64,000 bases of DNA. Origin: Eledone cirrhosa. Lineage: Eukaryota. This document shows, in pieces, positions 36,801 through 51,800 of the stretch; within the stretch, counting starts at the first letter, position 1; each line of letters starts with the position of its first letter. The DNA is taken from NCBI GenBank assembly GCA_964016885.1, contig OZ024746.1, positions 31,682,001 through 31,746,000 on the forward strand, written 5' to 3'. The position numbers were made by a program, and so were the translations under genes. The notes beneath the pieces were generated by a model that did not search any database, was not told the origin of the DNA, and saw nothing but the letters and a program-made list of their open reading frames with translations.

Positions 36801-39800
36801 GAATTAAACGAGAATGTAAGGTTTAAGATAAGATCGCCGTATTTTGGGCATAATTTAACAATAAACGAAAATACAAGATTTGTTTTGTTTAAGAAAATAC
36901 GATAGAGAAAATGCGGTGATAGGGAAAATATGATTTTTAGAGAAAAAAATATGATATAGAATGGTGAAAATATGATATAGTGTGAAATTAGGACATAGAA
37001 TAGTGATTGAATGAATGGATTCGAATGGAGAGAAGAGTCGAGAAAAAAAATACGATATATAATGGTGAACATATGATATAGTGTGAAATTAGGACATAGA
37101 ATAGTGATTGAATGAATGGATTCGAATGGAGAGAAGAATCGAGAAAAATATTTGAACGTTACTTTATACCGCAGGAACAGCCATCCCAGAAATAGCGAGT
37201 TGGCGATTTTTTCTAATTTTGGTAGGGTTTATCTTATATGTATAGAGAGGGGGTGGGGGGCAGACCAGCATGATGTATGGGTAGGGGGTAGCAGATGGGA
37301 TGGAGCAGAGGTTAAGAGTTTAAATAGGTACTCGAAGTTTTGCGTAAAACTTAGCAAGTTTAACAAAATATATTTAAGGAATATATAATAGTGATTTGTT
37401 GTGTTATGAAAATACGACAGAATATGAAAATATAACAGAATTAAACGAGAATGTAAGGTTTAAGATAAGATCGCCGTATTTTGGGCATAATTTAACAATA
37501 AACGAAAATACAAGATTTGTTTTGTTTAAGAAAATACGATAGAGAAAATGCGGTGATAGGGAAAATATGACTTTTAGAGAAAAAAATATGATATAGAATG
37601 GTGAAAATATGATATAGTGTGAAATTAGGACATAGAATAGTGATTGAATGAATGGATTCGAATGGAGAGAAGAGTCGAGAAAAAAAAAATACGATATAGA
37701 ATGGTGAAAATATGATATAGTGTGAAATTAGGACATAGAATAGTGATTGAATGAATGGATTCGAATGGAGAGAAGAGTCGAGAAAAAAAATACGATATAT
37801 AATGGTGAACATATGATATAGTGTGAAATTAGGACATAGAATAGTGATTGAATGAATGGATTCGAATGGAGAGAAGAGTCGAGAAAAAAAAAATACGATA
37901 TAGAATGGTGAAAATATGATATAGTGTGAAATTAGGACATAGAATAGTGATTGAATGAATGGATTCGAATGGAGAGAAGAATCGAGAAAAATATTTGAAC
38001 GTTACTTTATACCGCAGGAACAGCCATCCCAGAAATAGCGAGTTGGCGATTTTGACTAATTTTGGTAGGGTTTATCTTATATGTATAGAGAGGGGGGGGG
38101 GGCAGACCAGCATGATGTATGGGTAGGGGGTAGAAGATGGGATGGAGCAGAGGTTAAGAGTTTAAATAGGTACTCGAAGTTTTGCGTAAAACTTAGCAAG
38201 TTTCACAAAATATATTTAAGGAATATATAATAGTGATTTGTTTTGTTATGAAAATACGACAGAATATGAAAATATGACAGAATTAAACGAGAATGTAAGG
38301 TTTAAGATAAGATCGCCGTATTTTGGGCATAATTTAACAATAAACGAAAATACAAGATTTGTTTTGTTTAAGAAAATACGATAGAGAAAATGCGGTGATA
38401 GGGAAAATATGATTTTTAGAGAAAAAAATATGATATAGAATGGTGAAAATATGATATAGTGTGAAATTAGGACATAGAATAGTGATTGAATGAATGGATT
38501 CGAATGGAGAGAAGAGTCGAGAAAAAAAAAAAATACGATATAGAATGGTGAAAATATGATATAGTGTGAAATTAGGACATAGAATAGTGATTGAATGAAT
38601 GGATTCGAATGGAGAGAAGAATCGAGAAAAATATTTGAACGTTACTTTATACCGCAGGAACAGCCATCCCAGAAATAGCGAGTTGGCGATTTTGACTAAT
38701 TTTGGTAGGGTTTATCTTATATGTATAGAGAGGGGAGGGGGGACAGACCAGCATGATGTATGGGTAGGGGGTAGAAGATGGGATGGAGCAGAGGTTAAGA
38801 GTTTAAATAGGTACTCGATGTTTTGCGTAAAACTTAGCAAGTTTAACAAAATATATTTAAGGAATATATAATAGTGATTTGTTTTGTTATGAAAATACGA
38901 CAGAATATGAAAATATGACAGAATTAAACGAGAATGTAAGGTTTAAGATAAGATCGCCGTATTTTGGGCATAATTTAACAATAAACGAAAATACAAGATT
39001 TGTTTTGTTTAAGAAAATACGATAGAGAAAATGCGGTGATAGGGAAAATATGATTTTTAGAGAAAAAAATATGATATAGAATGGTGAAAATATGATATAG
39101 TGTGAAATTAGGACATAGAATAGTGATTGAATGAATGGATTCGAATGGAGAGAAGAGTCGAGAAAAAAAATACGATATATAATGGTGAACATATGATATA
39201 GTGTGAAATTAGGACATAGAATAGTGATTGAATGAATGGATTCGAATGGAGAGAAGAATCGAGAAAAATATTTGAACGTTACTTTATACCGCAGGAACAG
39301 CCATCCCAGAAATAGCGAGTTGGCGATTTTGACTAATTTTGGTAGGGTTTATCTTATATGTATAGAGAGGGGGGGGGGGGGGGCAGACCAGCATGATGTA
39401 TGGGTAGGGGGTAGAAGATGGGATGGAGCAGAGGTTAAGAGTTTAAATAGGTACTCGATGTTTTGCGTAAAACTTAGCAAGTTTAACAAAATATATTTAA
39501 GGAATATATAATAGTGATTTGTTTTGTTATGAAAATACGACAGAATATGAAAATATGACAGAATTAAACGAGAATGTAAGGTTTAAGATAAGATCGCCGT
39601 ATTTTGGGCATAATTTAACAATAAACGAAAATACAAGATTTGTTTTGTTTAAGAAAATACGATAGAGAAAATGCGGTGATAGGGAAAATATGATTTTTAG
39701 AGAAAAAAATATGATATAGAATGGTGAAAATATGATATAGTGTGAAATTAGGACATAGAATAGTGATTGAATGAATGGATTCGAATGGAGAGAAGAGTCG

Positions 39801-42800
39801 AGAAAAAAAAAATACGATATAGAATGGTGAAAATATGATATAGTGTGAAATTAGGACATAGAATAGTGATTGAATGAATGGATTCGAATGGAGAGAAGAA
39901 TCGAGAAAAATATTTGAACGTTACTTTATACCGCAGGAACAGCCATCCCAGAAATAGCGAGTTGGCGATTTTTTCTAATTTTGGTAGGGTTTATCTTATA
40001 TGTATAGAGAGGGGGTGGGGGGCAGACCAGCATGATGTATGGGTAGGGGGTAGCAGATGGGATGGAGCAGAGGTTAAGAGTTTAAATAGGTACTCGAAGT
40101 TTTGCGTAAAACTTAGCAAGTTTAACAAAATATATTTAAGGAATATATAATAGTGATTTGTTGTGTTATGAAAATACGACAGAATATGAAAATATAACAG
40201 AATTAAACGAGAATGTAAGGTTTAAGATAAGATCGCCGTATTTTGGGCATAATTTAACAATAAACGAAAATACAAGATTTGTTTTGTTTAAGAAAATACG
40301 ATAGAGAAAATGCGGTGATAGGGAAAATATGACTTTTAGAGAAAAAAATATGATATAGAATGGTGAAAATATGATATAGTGTGAAATTAGGACATAGAAT
40401 AGTGATTGAATGAATGGATTCGAATGGAGAGAAGAGTCGAGAAAAAAAAAATACGATATAGAATGGTGAAAATATGATATAGTGTGAAATTAGGACATAG
40501 AATAGTGATTGAATGAATGGATTCGAATGGAGAGAAGAGTCGAGAAAAAAAATACGATATATAATGGTGAACATATGATATAGTGTGAAATTAGGACATA
40601 GAATAGTGATTGAATGAATGGATTCGAATGGAGAGAAGAGTCGAGAAAAAAAAAATACGATATAGAATGGTTAAAATATGATATAGTGTGAAATTAGGAC
40701 ATAGAATAGTGATTGAATGAATGGATTCGAATGGAGAGAAGAATCGAGAAAAATATTTGAACGTTACTTTATACCGCAGGAACAGCCATCCCAGAAATAG
40801 CGAGTTGGCGATTTTGACTAATTTTGGTAGGGTTTATCTTATATGTATAGAGAGGGGGGGGGGCAGATCAGCATGATGTATGGGTAGGGGGTAGAAGATG
40901 GGATGGAGCAGAGGTTAAGAGTTTAAATAGGTACTCGAAGTTTTGCGTAAAACTTAGCAAGTTTAACAAAATATACTTAAGGAATATATAATAGTGATTT
41001 GTTTTGTTATGAAAATACGACAGAATATGAAAATATGACAGAATTAAACGAGAATGTAAGGTTTAAGATAAGATCGCCGTATTTTGGGCATAATTTAACA
41101 ATAAACGAAAATACAAGATTTGTTTTGTTTAAGAAAATACGATAGAGAAAATGCGGTGATAGGGAAAATATGATTTTTAGAGAAAAAAATATGATATAGA
41201 ATGGTGAAAATATGATATAGTGTGAAATTAGGACATAGAATAGTGATTGAATGAATGGATTCGAATGGAGAGAAGAGTCGAGAAAAAAAAAAATACGATA
41301 TAGAATGGTGAAAATATGATATAGTGTGAAATTAGGACATAGAATAGTGATTGAATGAATGGATTCGAATGGAGAGAAGAATCTAGAAAAATATTTGAAC
41401 GTTACTTTATACCGCAGGAACAGCCATCCCAGAAATAGCGAGTTGGCGATTTTGACTAATTTTGGTAGGGTTTATCTTATATGTATAGAGAGGGGGGGGG
41501 GGGACAGACCAGCATGATGTATGGGTAGGGGGTAGAAGATGGGATGGAGCAGAGGTTAAGAGTTTAAATAGGTACTCGATGTTTTGCGTAAAACTTAGCA
41601 AGTTTAACAAAATATATTTAAGGAATATATAATAGTGATTTGTTTTGTTATGAAAATACGACAGAATATGAAAATATGACAGAATTAAACGAGAATGTAA
41701 GGTTTAAGATAAGATCGCCGTATTTTGGGCATAATTTAACAATAAACGAAAATACAAGATTTGTTTTGTTTAAGAAAATACGATAGAGAAAATGCGGTGA
41801 TAGGGAAAATATGATTTTTAGAGAAAAAAATATGATATAGAATGGTGAAAATATGATATAGTGTGAAATTAGGACATAGAATAGTGATTGAATGAATGGA
41901 TTCGAATGGAGAGAAGAGTCGAGAAAAAAAATACGATATATAATGGTGAACATATGATATAGTGTGAAATTAGGACATAGAATAGTGATTGAATGAATGG
42001 ATTCGAATGGAGAGAAGAATCGAGAAAAATATTTGAACGTTACTTTATACCGCAGGAACAGCCATCCCAGAAATAGCGAGTTGGCGATTTTGACTAATTT
42101 TGGTAGGGTTTATCTTATATGTATAGAGAGGGGGGGGGGGGGGGGGCAGACCAGCATGATGTATGGGTAGGGGGTAGAAGATGGGATGGAGCAGAGGTTA
42201 AGAGTTTAAATAGGTACTCGAAGTTTTGCGTAAAACTTAGCAAGTTTCACAAAATATATTTAAGGAATATATAATAGTGATTTGTTTTGTTATGAAAATA
42301 CGACAGAATATGAAAATATGACAGAATTAAACGAGAATGTAAGGTTTAAGATAAGATCGCCGTATTTTGGGCATAATTTAACAATAAACGAAAATACAAG
42401 ATTTGTTTTGTTTAAGAAAATACGATAGAGAAAATGCGGTGATAGGGAAAATATGATTTTTAGAGAAAAAAATATGATATAGAATGGTGAAAATATGATA
42501 TAGTGTGAAATTAGGACATAGAATAGTGATTGAATGAATGGATTCGTATGGAGAGAAGAGTCGAGAAAAAAAAAATACGATATAGAATGGTGAAAATATG
42601 ATATAGTGTGAAATTAGGACATAGAATAGTGATTGAATGAATGGATTCGAATGGAGAGAAGAATCGAGAAAAATATTTGAACGTTACTTTATACCGCAGG
42701 AACAGCCATCCCAGAAATAGCGAGTTGGCGATTTTGACTAATTTTGGTAGGGTTTATCTTATATGTATAGAGAAGGGGGGGGGGGCAGACCAGCATGATG

Positions 42801-45800
42801 TATGGGTAGGGGGTAGAAGATAGGATGGAGCAGAGGTTAAGAGTTTAAATAGGTACTCGAAGTTTTGCGTAAAACTTAGCAAGTTTCACAAAATATATTT
42901 AAGGAATATATAATAGTGATTTGTTTTGTTATGAAAATAGGACAGAATATGAAAATATGACAGAATTAAACGAGAATGTAAGGTTTAAGATAAGATCGCC
43001 GTATTTTGGGCATAATTTAACAATAAACGAAAATACAAGATTTGTTTTGTTTAAGAAAATACGATAGAGAAAATGCGGTGATAGGGAAAATATGATTTTT
43101 AGAGAAAAAAATATGATATAGAATGGTGAAAATATGATATAGTGTGAAATTAGGACATAGAATAGTGATTGAATGAATGGATTCGTATGGAGAGAAGAGT
43201 CGAGAAAAAAAAAATACGATATAGAATGGTGAAAATATGATATAGTGTGAAATTAGGACATAGAATAGTGATTGAATGAATGGATTCGAATGGAGAGAAG
43301 AATCGAGAAAAATATTTGAACGTTACTTTATACCGCAGGAACAGCCATCCCAGAAATAGCGAGTTGGCGATTTTGACTAATTTTGGTAGGGTTTATCTTA
43401 TATGTATAGAGAGGGGGGGGGGGGGCAGACCAGCATGATGTATGGGTAGGGGGTAGAAGATAGGATGGAGCAGAGGTTAAGAGTTTAAATAGGTACTCGA
43501 AGTTTTGCGTAAAACTTAGCAAGTTTCACAAAATATATTTAAGGAATATATAATAGTGATTTGTTTTGTTATGAAAATACGACAGAATATGAAAATATGA
43601 CAGAATTAAACGAGAATGTAAGGTTTAAGATAAGATCGCCGTATTTTGGGCATAATTTAACAATAAACGAAAATACAAGATTTGTTTTGTTTAAGAAAAT
43701 ACGATAGAGAAAATGCGGTGATAGGGAAAATATGATTTTTAGAGAAAAAAATATGATATAGAATGGTGAAAATATGATATAGTGTGAAATTAGGACATAG
43801 AATAGTGATTGAATGAATGGATTCGAATGGAGAGAAGAGTCGAGAAAAAAAAAATACGATATAGAATGGTGAAAATATGATATAGTGTGAAATTAGGACA
43901 TAGAATAGTGATTGAATGAATGGATTCGAATGGAGAGAAGAGTCGAGAAAAAAAATACGATATATAATGGTGAACATATGATATAGTGTGAAATTAGGAC
44001 ATAGAATAGTGATTGAATGAATGGATTCGAATGGAGAGAAGAGTCGAGAAAAAAAAAATACGATATAGAATGGTTAAAATATGATATAGTGTGAAATTAG
44101 GACATAGAATAGTGATTGAATGAATGGATTCGAATGGAGAGAAGAATCGAGAAAAATATTTGAACGTTACTTTATACCGCAGGAACAGCCATCCCAGAAA
44201 TAGCGAGTTGGCGATTTTGACTAATTTTGGTAGGGTTTATCTTATATGTATAGAGAGGGGGGGGGGGGCAGATCAGCATGATGTATGGGTAGGGGGTAGA
44301 AGATGGGATGGAGCAGAGGTTAAGAGTTTAAATAGGTACTCGAAGTTTTGCGTAAAACTTAGCAAGTTTAACAAAATATACTTAAGGAATATATAATAGT
44401 GATTTGTTTTGTTATGAAAATACGACAGAATATGAAAATATGACAGAATTAAACGAGAATGTAAGGTTTAAGATAAGATCGCCGTATTTTGGGCATAATT
44501 TAACAATAAACGAAAATACAAGATTTGTTTTGTTTAAGAAAATACGATAGAGAAAATGCGGTGATAGGGAAAATATGATTTTTAGAGAAAAAAATATGAT
44601 ATAGAATGGTGAAAATATGATATAGTGTGAAATTAGGACATAGAATAGTGATTGAATGAATGGATTCGAATGGAGAGAAGAGTCGAGAAAAAAAAAATAC
44701 GATATAGAATGGTGAAAATATGATATAGTGTGAAATTAGGACATAGAATAGTGATTGAATGAATGGATTCGAATGGAGAGAAGAATCTAGAAAAATATTT
44801 GAACGTTACTTTATACCGCAGGAACAGCCATCCCAGAAATAGCGAGTTGGCGATTTTGACTAATTTTGGTAGGGTTTATCTTATATGTATAGAGAGGGGG
44901 GGGGGACAGACCAGCATGATGTATGGGTAGGGGGTAGAAGATGGGATGGAGCAGAGGTTAAGAGTTTAAATAGGTACTCGATGTTTTGCGTAAAACTTAG
45001 CAAGTTTAACAAAATATATTTAAGGAATATATAATAGTGATTTGTTTTGTTATGAAAATACGACAGAATATGAAAATATGACAGAATTAAACGAGAATGT
45101 AAGGTTTAAGATAAGATCGCCGTATTTTGGGCATAATTTAACAATAAACGAAAATACAAGATTTGTTTTGTTTAAGAAAATACGATAGAGAAAATGCGGT
45201 GATAGGGAAAATATGATTTTTAGAGAAAAAAATATGATATAGAATGGTGAAAATATGATATAGTGTGAAATTAGGACATAGAATAGTGATTGAATGAATG
45301 GATTCGAATGGAGAGAAGAGTCGAGAAAAAAAATACGATATATAATGGTGAACATATGATATAGTGTGAAATTAGGACATAGAATAGTGATTGAATGAAT
45401 GGATTCGAATGGAGAGAAGAATCGAGAAAAATATTTGAACGTTACTTTATACCGCAGGAACAGCCATCCCAGAAATAGCGAGTTGGCGATTTTGACTAAT
45501 TTTGGTAGGGTTTATCTTATATGTATAGAGAGGGGGGGGGGGCAGACCAGCATGATGTATGGGTAGGGGGTAGAAGATGGGATGGAGCAGAGGTTAAGAG
45601 TTTAAATAGGTACTCGAAGTTTTGCGTAAAACTTAGCAAGTTTCACAAAATATATTTAAGGAATATATAATAGTGATTTGTTTTGTTATGAAAATACGAC
45701 AGAATATGAAAATATGACAGAATTAAACGAGAATGTAAGGTTTAAGATAAGATCGCCGTATTTTGGGCATAATTTAACAATAAACGAAAATACAAGATTT

Positions 45801-48800
45801 GTTTTGTTTAAGAAAATACGATAGAGAAAATGCGGTGATAGGGAAAATATGATTTTTAGAGAAAAAAATATGATATAGAATGGTGAAAATATGATATAGT
45901 GTGAAATTAGGACATAGAATAGTGATTGAATGAATGGATTCGTATGGAGAGAAGAGTCGAGAAAAAAAAAATACGATATAGAATGGTGAAAATATGATAT
46001 AGTGTGAAATTAGGACATAGAATAGTGATTGAATGAATGGATTCGAATGGAGAGAAGAATCGAGAAAAATATTTGAACGTTACTTTATACCGCAGGAACA
46101 GCCATCCCAGAAATAGCGAGTTGGCGATTTTGACTAATTTTGGTAGGGTTTATCTTATATGTATAGAGAGGGGGGGGGGGGGCAGACCAGCATGATGTAT
46201 GGGTAGGGGGTAGAAGATAGGATGGAGCAGAGGTTAAGAGTTTAAATAGGTACTCGAAGTTTTGCGTAAAACTTAGCAAGTTTCACAAAATATATTTAAG
46301 GAATATATAATAGTGATTTGTTTTGTTATGAAAATACGACAGAATATGAAAATATGACAGAATTAAACGAGAATGTAAGGTTTAAGATAAGATCGCCGTA
46401 TTTTGGGCATAATTTAACAATAAACGAAAATACAAGATTTGTTTTGTTTAAGAAAATACGATAGAGAAAATGCGGTGATAGGGAAAATATGATTTTTAGA
46501 GAAAAAAATATGATATAGAATGGTGAAAATATGATATAGTGTGAAATTAGGACATAGAATAGTGATTGAATGAATGGATTCGTATGGAGAGAAGAGTCGA
46601 GAAAAAAAAAATACGATATAGAATGGTGAAAATATGATATAGTGTGAAATTAGGACATAGAATAGTGATTGAATGAATGGATTCGAATGGAGAGAAGAAT
46701 CGAGAAAAATATTTGAACGTTACTTTATACCGCAGGAACAGCCATCCCAGAAATAGCGAGTTGGCGATTTTGACTAATTTTGGTAGGGTTTATCTTATAT
46801 GTATAGAGAGGGGGGGGGGGGCAGACCAGCATGATGTATGGGTAGGGGGTAGAAGATAGGATGGAGCAGAGGTTAAGAGTTTAAATAGGTACTCGAAGTT
46901 TTGCGTAAAACTTAGCAAGTTTCACAAAATATATTTAAGGAATATATAATAGTGATTTGTTTTGTTATGAAAATACGACAGAATATGAAAATATGACAGA
47001 ATTAAACGAGAATGTAAGGTTTAAGATAAGATCGCCGTATTTTGGGCATAATTTAACAATAAACGAAAATACAAGATTTGTTTTGTTTAAGAAAATACGA
47101 TAGAGAAAATGCGGTGATAGGGAAAATATGATTTTTAGAGAAAAAAATATGATATAGAATGGTGAAAATATGATATAGTGTGAAATTAGGACATAGAATA
47201 GTGATTGAATGAATGGATTCGAATGGAGAGAAGAGTCGAGAAAAAAAAAAAAATACGATATAGAATGGTGAAAATATGATATAGTGTGAAATTAGGACAT
47301 AGAATAGTGATTGAATGAATGGATTCGAATGGAGAGAAGAATCGAGAAAAATATTTGAACGTTACTTTATACCGCAGGAACAGCCATCCCAGAAATAGCG
47401 AGTTGGCGATTTTGACTAATTTTGGTAGGGTTTATCTTATATGTATAGAGAGGGGGGGGGGGGGGGGCAGACCAGCATGATGTATGGGTAGGGGGTAGAA
47501 GATGGGATGGAGCAGAGGTTAAGAGTTTAAATAGGTACTCGAAGTTTTGCGTAAAACTTAGCAAGTTTCACAAAATATATTTAAGGAATATATAATAGTG
47601 ATTTGTTTTGTTATGAAAATACGACAGAATATGAAAATATGACAGAATTAAACGAGAATGTAAGGTTTAAGATAAGATCGCCGTATTTTGGGCATAATTT
47701 AACAATAAACGAAAATACAAGATTTGTTTTGTTTAAGAAAATACGATAGAGAAAATGCGGTGATAGGGAAAATATGATTTTTAGAGAAAAAAATATGATA
47801 TAGAATGGTGAAAATATGATATAGTGTGAAATTAGGACATAGAATAGTGATTGAATGAATGGATTCGAATGGAGAGAAGAGTCGAGAAAAAAAAAAAATA
47901 CGATATAGAATGGTGAAAATATGATATAGTGTGAAATTAGGACATAGAATAGTGATTGAATGAATGGATTCGAATGGAGAGAAGAGTCGAGAAAAATATT
48001 TGAACGTTACTTTATACCGCAGGAACAGCCATCCCAGAAATAGCGAGTTGGCGATTTTGACTAATTTTGGTAGGGTTTATCTTATATGTATAGAGAGGGG
48101 GGGGGCAGACCAGCATGATGTATGGGTAGGGGGTAGAAGATGGGATGGAGCAGAGGTTAAGAGTTTAAATAGGTACTCGAAGTTTTGCGTAAAACTTAGC
48201 AAGTTTCACAAAATATATTTAAGGAATATATAATAGTGATTTGTTTTGTTATGAAAATACGACAGAATATGAAAATATGACAGAATTAAACGAGAATGTA
48301 AGGTTTAAGATAAGATCGCCGTATTTTGGGCATAATTTAACAATAAACGAAAATACAAGATTTGTTTTGTTTAAGAAAATACGATAGAGAAAATGCGGTG
48401 ATAGGGAAAATATGATTTTTAGAGAAAAAAATATGATATAGAATGGTGAAAATATGATATAGTGTGAAATTAGGACATAGAATAGTGATTGAATGAATGG
48501 ATTCGAATGGAGAGAAGAGTCGAGAAAAAAAAAATACGATATAGAATGGTGAAAATATGATATAGTGTGAAATTAGGACATAGAATAGTGATTGAATGAA
48601 TGGATTCGAATGGAGAGAAGAATCGAGAAAAATATTTGAACGTTACTTTATACCGCAGGAACAGCCATCCCAGAAATAGCGAGTTGGCGATTTTGACTAA
48701 TTTTGGTAGGGTTTATCTTATATGTATAGAGAGGGGAGGGGGGACAGACCAGCATGATGTATGGGTAGGGGGTAGAAGATGGGATGGAGCAGAGGTTAAG

Positions 48801-51800
48801 AGTTTAAATAGGTACTCGATGTTTTGCGTAAAACTTAGCAAGTTTAACAAAATATATTTAAGGAATATATAATAGTGATTTGTTTTGTTATGAAAATACG
48901 ACAGAATATGAAAATATGACAGAATTAAACGAGAATGTAAGGTTTAAGATAAGATCGCCGTATTTTGGGCATAATTTAACAATAAACGAAAATACAAGAT
49001 TTGTTTTGTTTAAGAAAATACGATAGAGAAAATGCGGTGATAGGGAAAATATGATTTTTAGAGAAAAAAATATGATATAGAATGGTGAAAATATGATATA
49101 GTGTGAAATTAGGACATAGAATAGTGATTGAATGAATGGATTCGAATGGAGAGAAGAGTCGAGAAAAAAAATACGATATATAATGGTGAACATATGATAT
49201 AGTGTGAAATTAGGACATAGAATAGTGATTGAATGAATGGATTCGAATGGAGAGAAGAATCGAGAAAAATATTTGAACGTTACTTTATACCGCAGGAACA
49301 GCCATCCCAGAAATAGCGAGTTGGCGATTTTGACTAATTTTGGTAGGGTTTATCTTATATGTATAGAGAGGGGGGGGGGGCAGACCAGCATGATGTATGG
49401 GTAGGGGGTAGAAGATGGGATGGAGCAGAGGTTAAGAGTTTAAATAGGTACTCGATGTTTTGCGTAAAACTTAGCAAGTTTAACAAAATATATTTAAGGA
49501 ATATATAATAGTGATTTGTTTTGTTATGAAAATACGACAGAATATGAAAATATGACAGAATTAAACGAGAATGTAAGGTTTAAGATAAGATCGCCGTATT
49601 TTGGGCATAATTTAACAATAAACGAAAATACAAGATTTGTTTTGTTTAAGAAAATACGATAGAGAAAATGCGGTGATAGGGAAAATATGATTTTTAGAGA
49701 AAAAAATATGATATAGAATGGTGAAAATATGATATAGTGTGAAATTAGGACATAGAATAGTGATTGAATGAATGGATTCGAATGGAGAGAAGAGTCGAGA
49801 AAAAAAAAATACGATATAGAATGGTGAAAATATGATATAGTGTGAAATTAGGACATAGAATAGTGATTGAATGAATGGATTCGAATGGAGAGAAGAATCG
49901 AGAAAAATATTTGAACGTTACTTTATACCGCAGGAACAGCCATCCCAGAAATAGCGAGTTGGCGATTTTTTCTAATTTTGGTAGGGTTTATCTTATATGT
50001 ATAGAGAGGGGGTGGGGGGCAGACCAGCATGATGTATGGGTAGGGGGTAGCAGATGGGATGGAGCAGAGGTTAAGAGTTTAAATAGGTACTCGAAGTTTT
50101 GCGTAAAACTTAGCAAGTTTAACAAAATATATTTAAGGAATATATAATAGTGATTTGTTGTGTTATGAAAATACGACAGAATATGAAAATATAACAGAAT
50201 TAAACGAGAATGTAAGGTTTAAGATAAGATCGCCGTATTTTGGGCATAATTTAACAATAAACGAAAATACAAGATTTGTTTTGTTTAAGAAAATACGATA
50301 GAGAAAATGCGGTGATAGGGAAAATATGACTTTTAGAGAAAAAAATATGATATAGAATGGTGAAAATATGATATAGTGTGAAATTAGGACATAGAATAGT
50401 GATTGAATGAATGGATTCGAATGGAGAGAAGAGTCGAGAAAAAAAAAATACGATATAGAATGGTGAAAATATGATATAGTGTGAAATTAGGACATAGAAT
50501 AGTGATTGAATGAATGGATTCGAATGGAGAGAAGAGTCGAGAAAAAAAATACGATATATAATGGTGAACATATGATATAGTGTGAAATTAGGACATAGAA
50601 TAGTGATTGAATGAATGGATTCGAATGGAGAGAAGAGTCGAGAAAAAAAAAATACGATATAGAATGGTTAAAATATGATATAGTGTGAAATTAGGACATA
50701 GAATAGTGATTGAATGAATGGATTCGAATGGAGAGAAGAATCGAGAAAAATATTTGAACGTTACTTTATACCGCAGGAACAGCCATCCCAGAAATAGCGA
50801 GTTGGCGATTTTGACTAATTTTGGTAGGGTTTATCTTATATGTATAGAGAGGGGGGGGGGGCAGATCAGCATGATGTATGGGTAGGGGGTAGAAGATGGG
50901 ATGGAGCAGAGGTTAAGAGTTTAAATAGGTACTCGAAGTTTTGCGTAAAACTTAGCAAGTTTAACAAAATATACTTAAGGAATATATAATAGTGATTTGT
51001 TTTGTTATGAAAATACGACAGAATATGAAAATATGACAGAATTAAACGAGAATGTAAGGTTTAAGATAAGATCGCCGTATTTTGGGCATAATTTAACAAT
51101 AAACGAAAATACAAGATTTGTTTTGTTTAAGAAAATACGATAGAGAAAATGCGGTGATAGGGAAAATATGATTTTTAGAGAAAAAAATATGATATAGAAT
51201 GGTGAAAATATGATATAGTGTGAAATTAGGACATAGAATAGTGATTGAATGAATGGATTCGAATGGAGAGAAGAGTCGAGAAAAAAAAAATACGATATAG
51301 AATGGTGAAAATATGATATAGTGTGAAATTAGGACATAGAATAGTGATTGAATGAATGGATTCGAATGGAGAGAAGAATCGAGAAAAATATTTGAACGTT
51401 ACTTTATACCGCAGGAACAGCCATCCCAGAAATAGCGAGTTGGCGATTTTTTCTAATTTTGGTAGGGTTTATCTTATATGTATAGAGAGGGGGTGGGGGG
51501 CAGACCAGCATGATGTATGGGTAGGGGGTAGCAGATGGGATGGAGCAGAGGTTAAGAGTTTAAATAGGTACTCGAAGTTTTGCGTAAAACTTAGCAAGTT
51601 TAACAAAATATATTTAAGGAATATATAATAGTGATTTGTTGTGTTATGAAAATACGACAGAATATGAAAATATAACAGAATTAAACGAGAATGTAAGGTT
51701 TAAGATAAGATCGCCGTATTTTGGGCATAATTTAACAATAAACGAAAATACAAGATTTGTTTTGTTTAAGAAAATACGATAGAGAAAATGCGGTGATAGG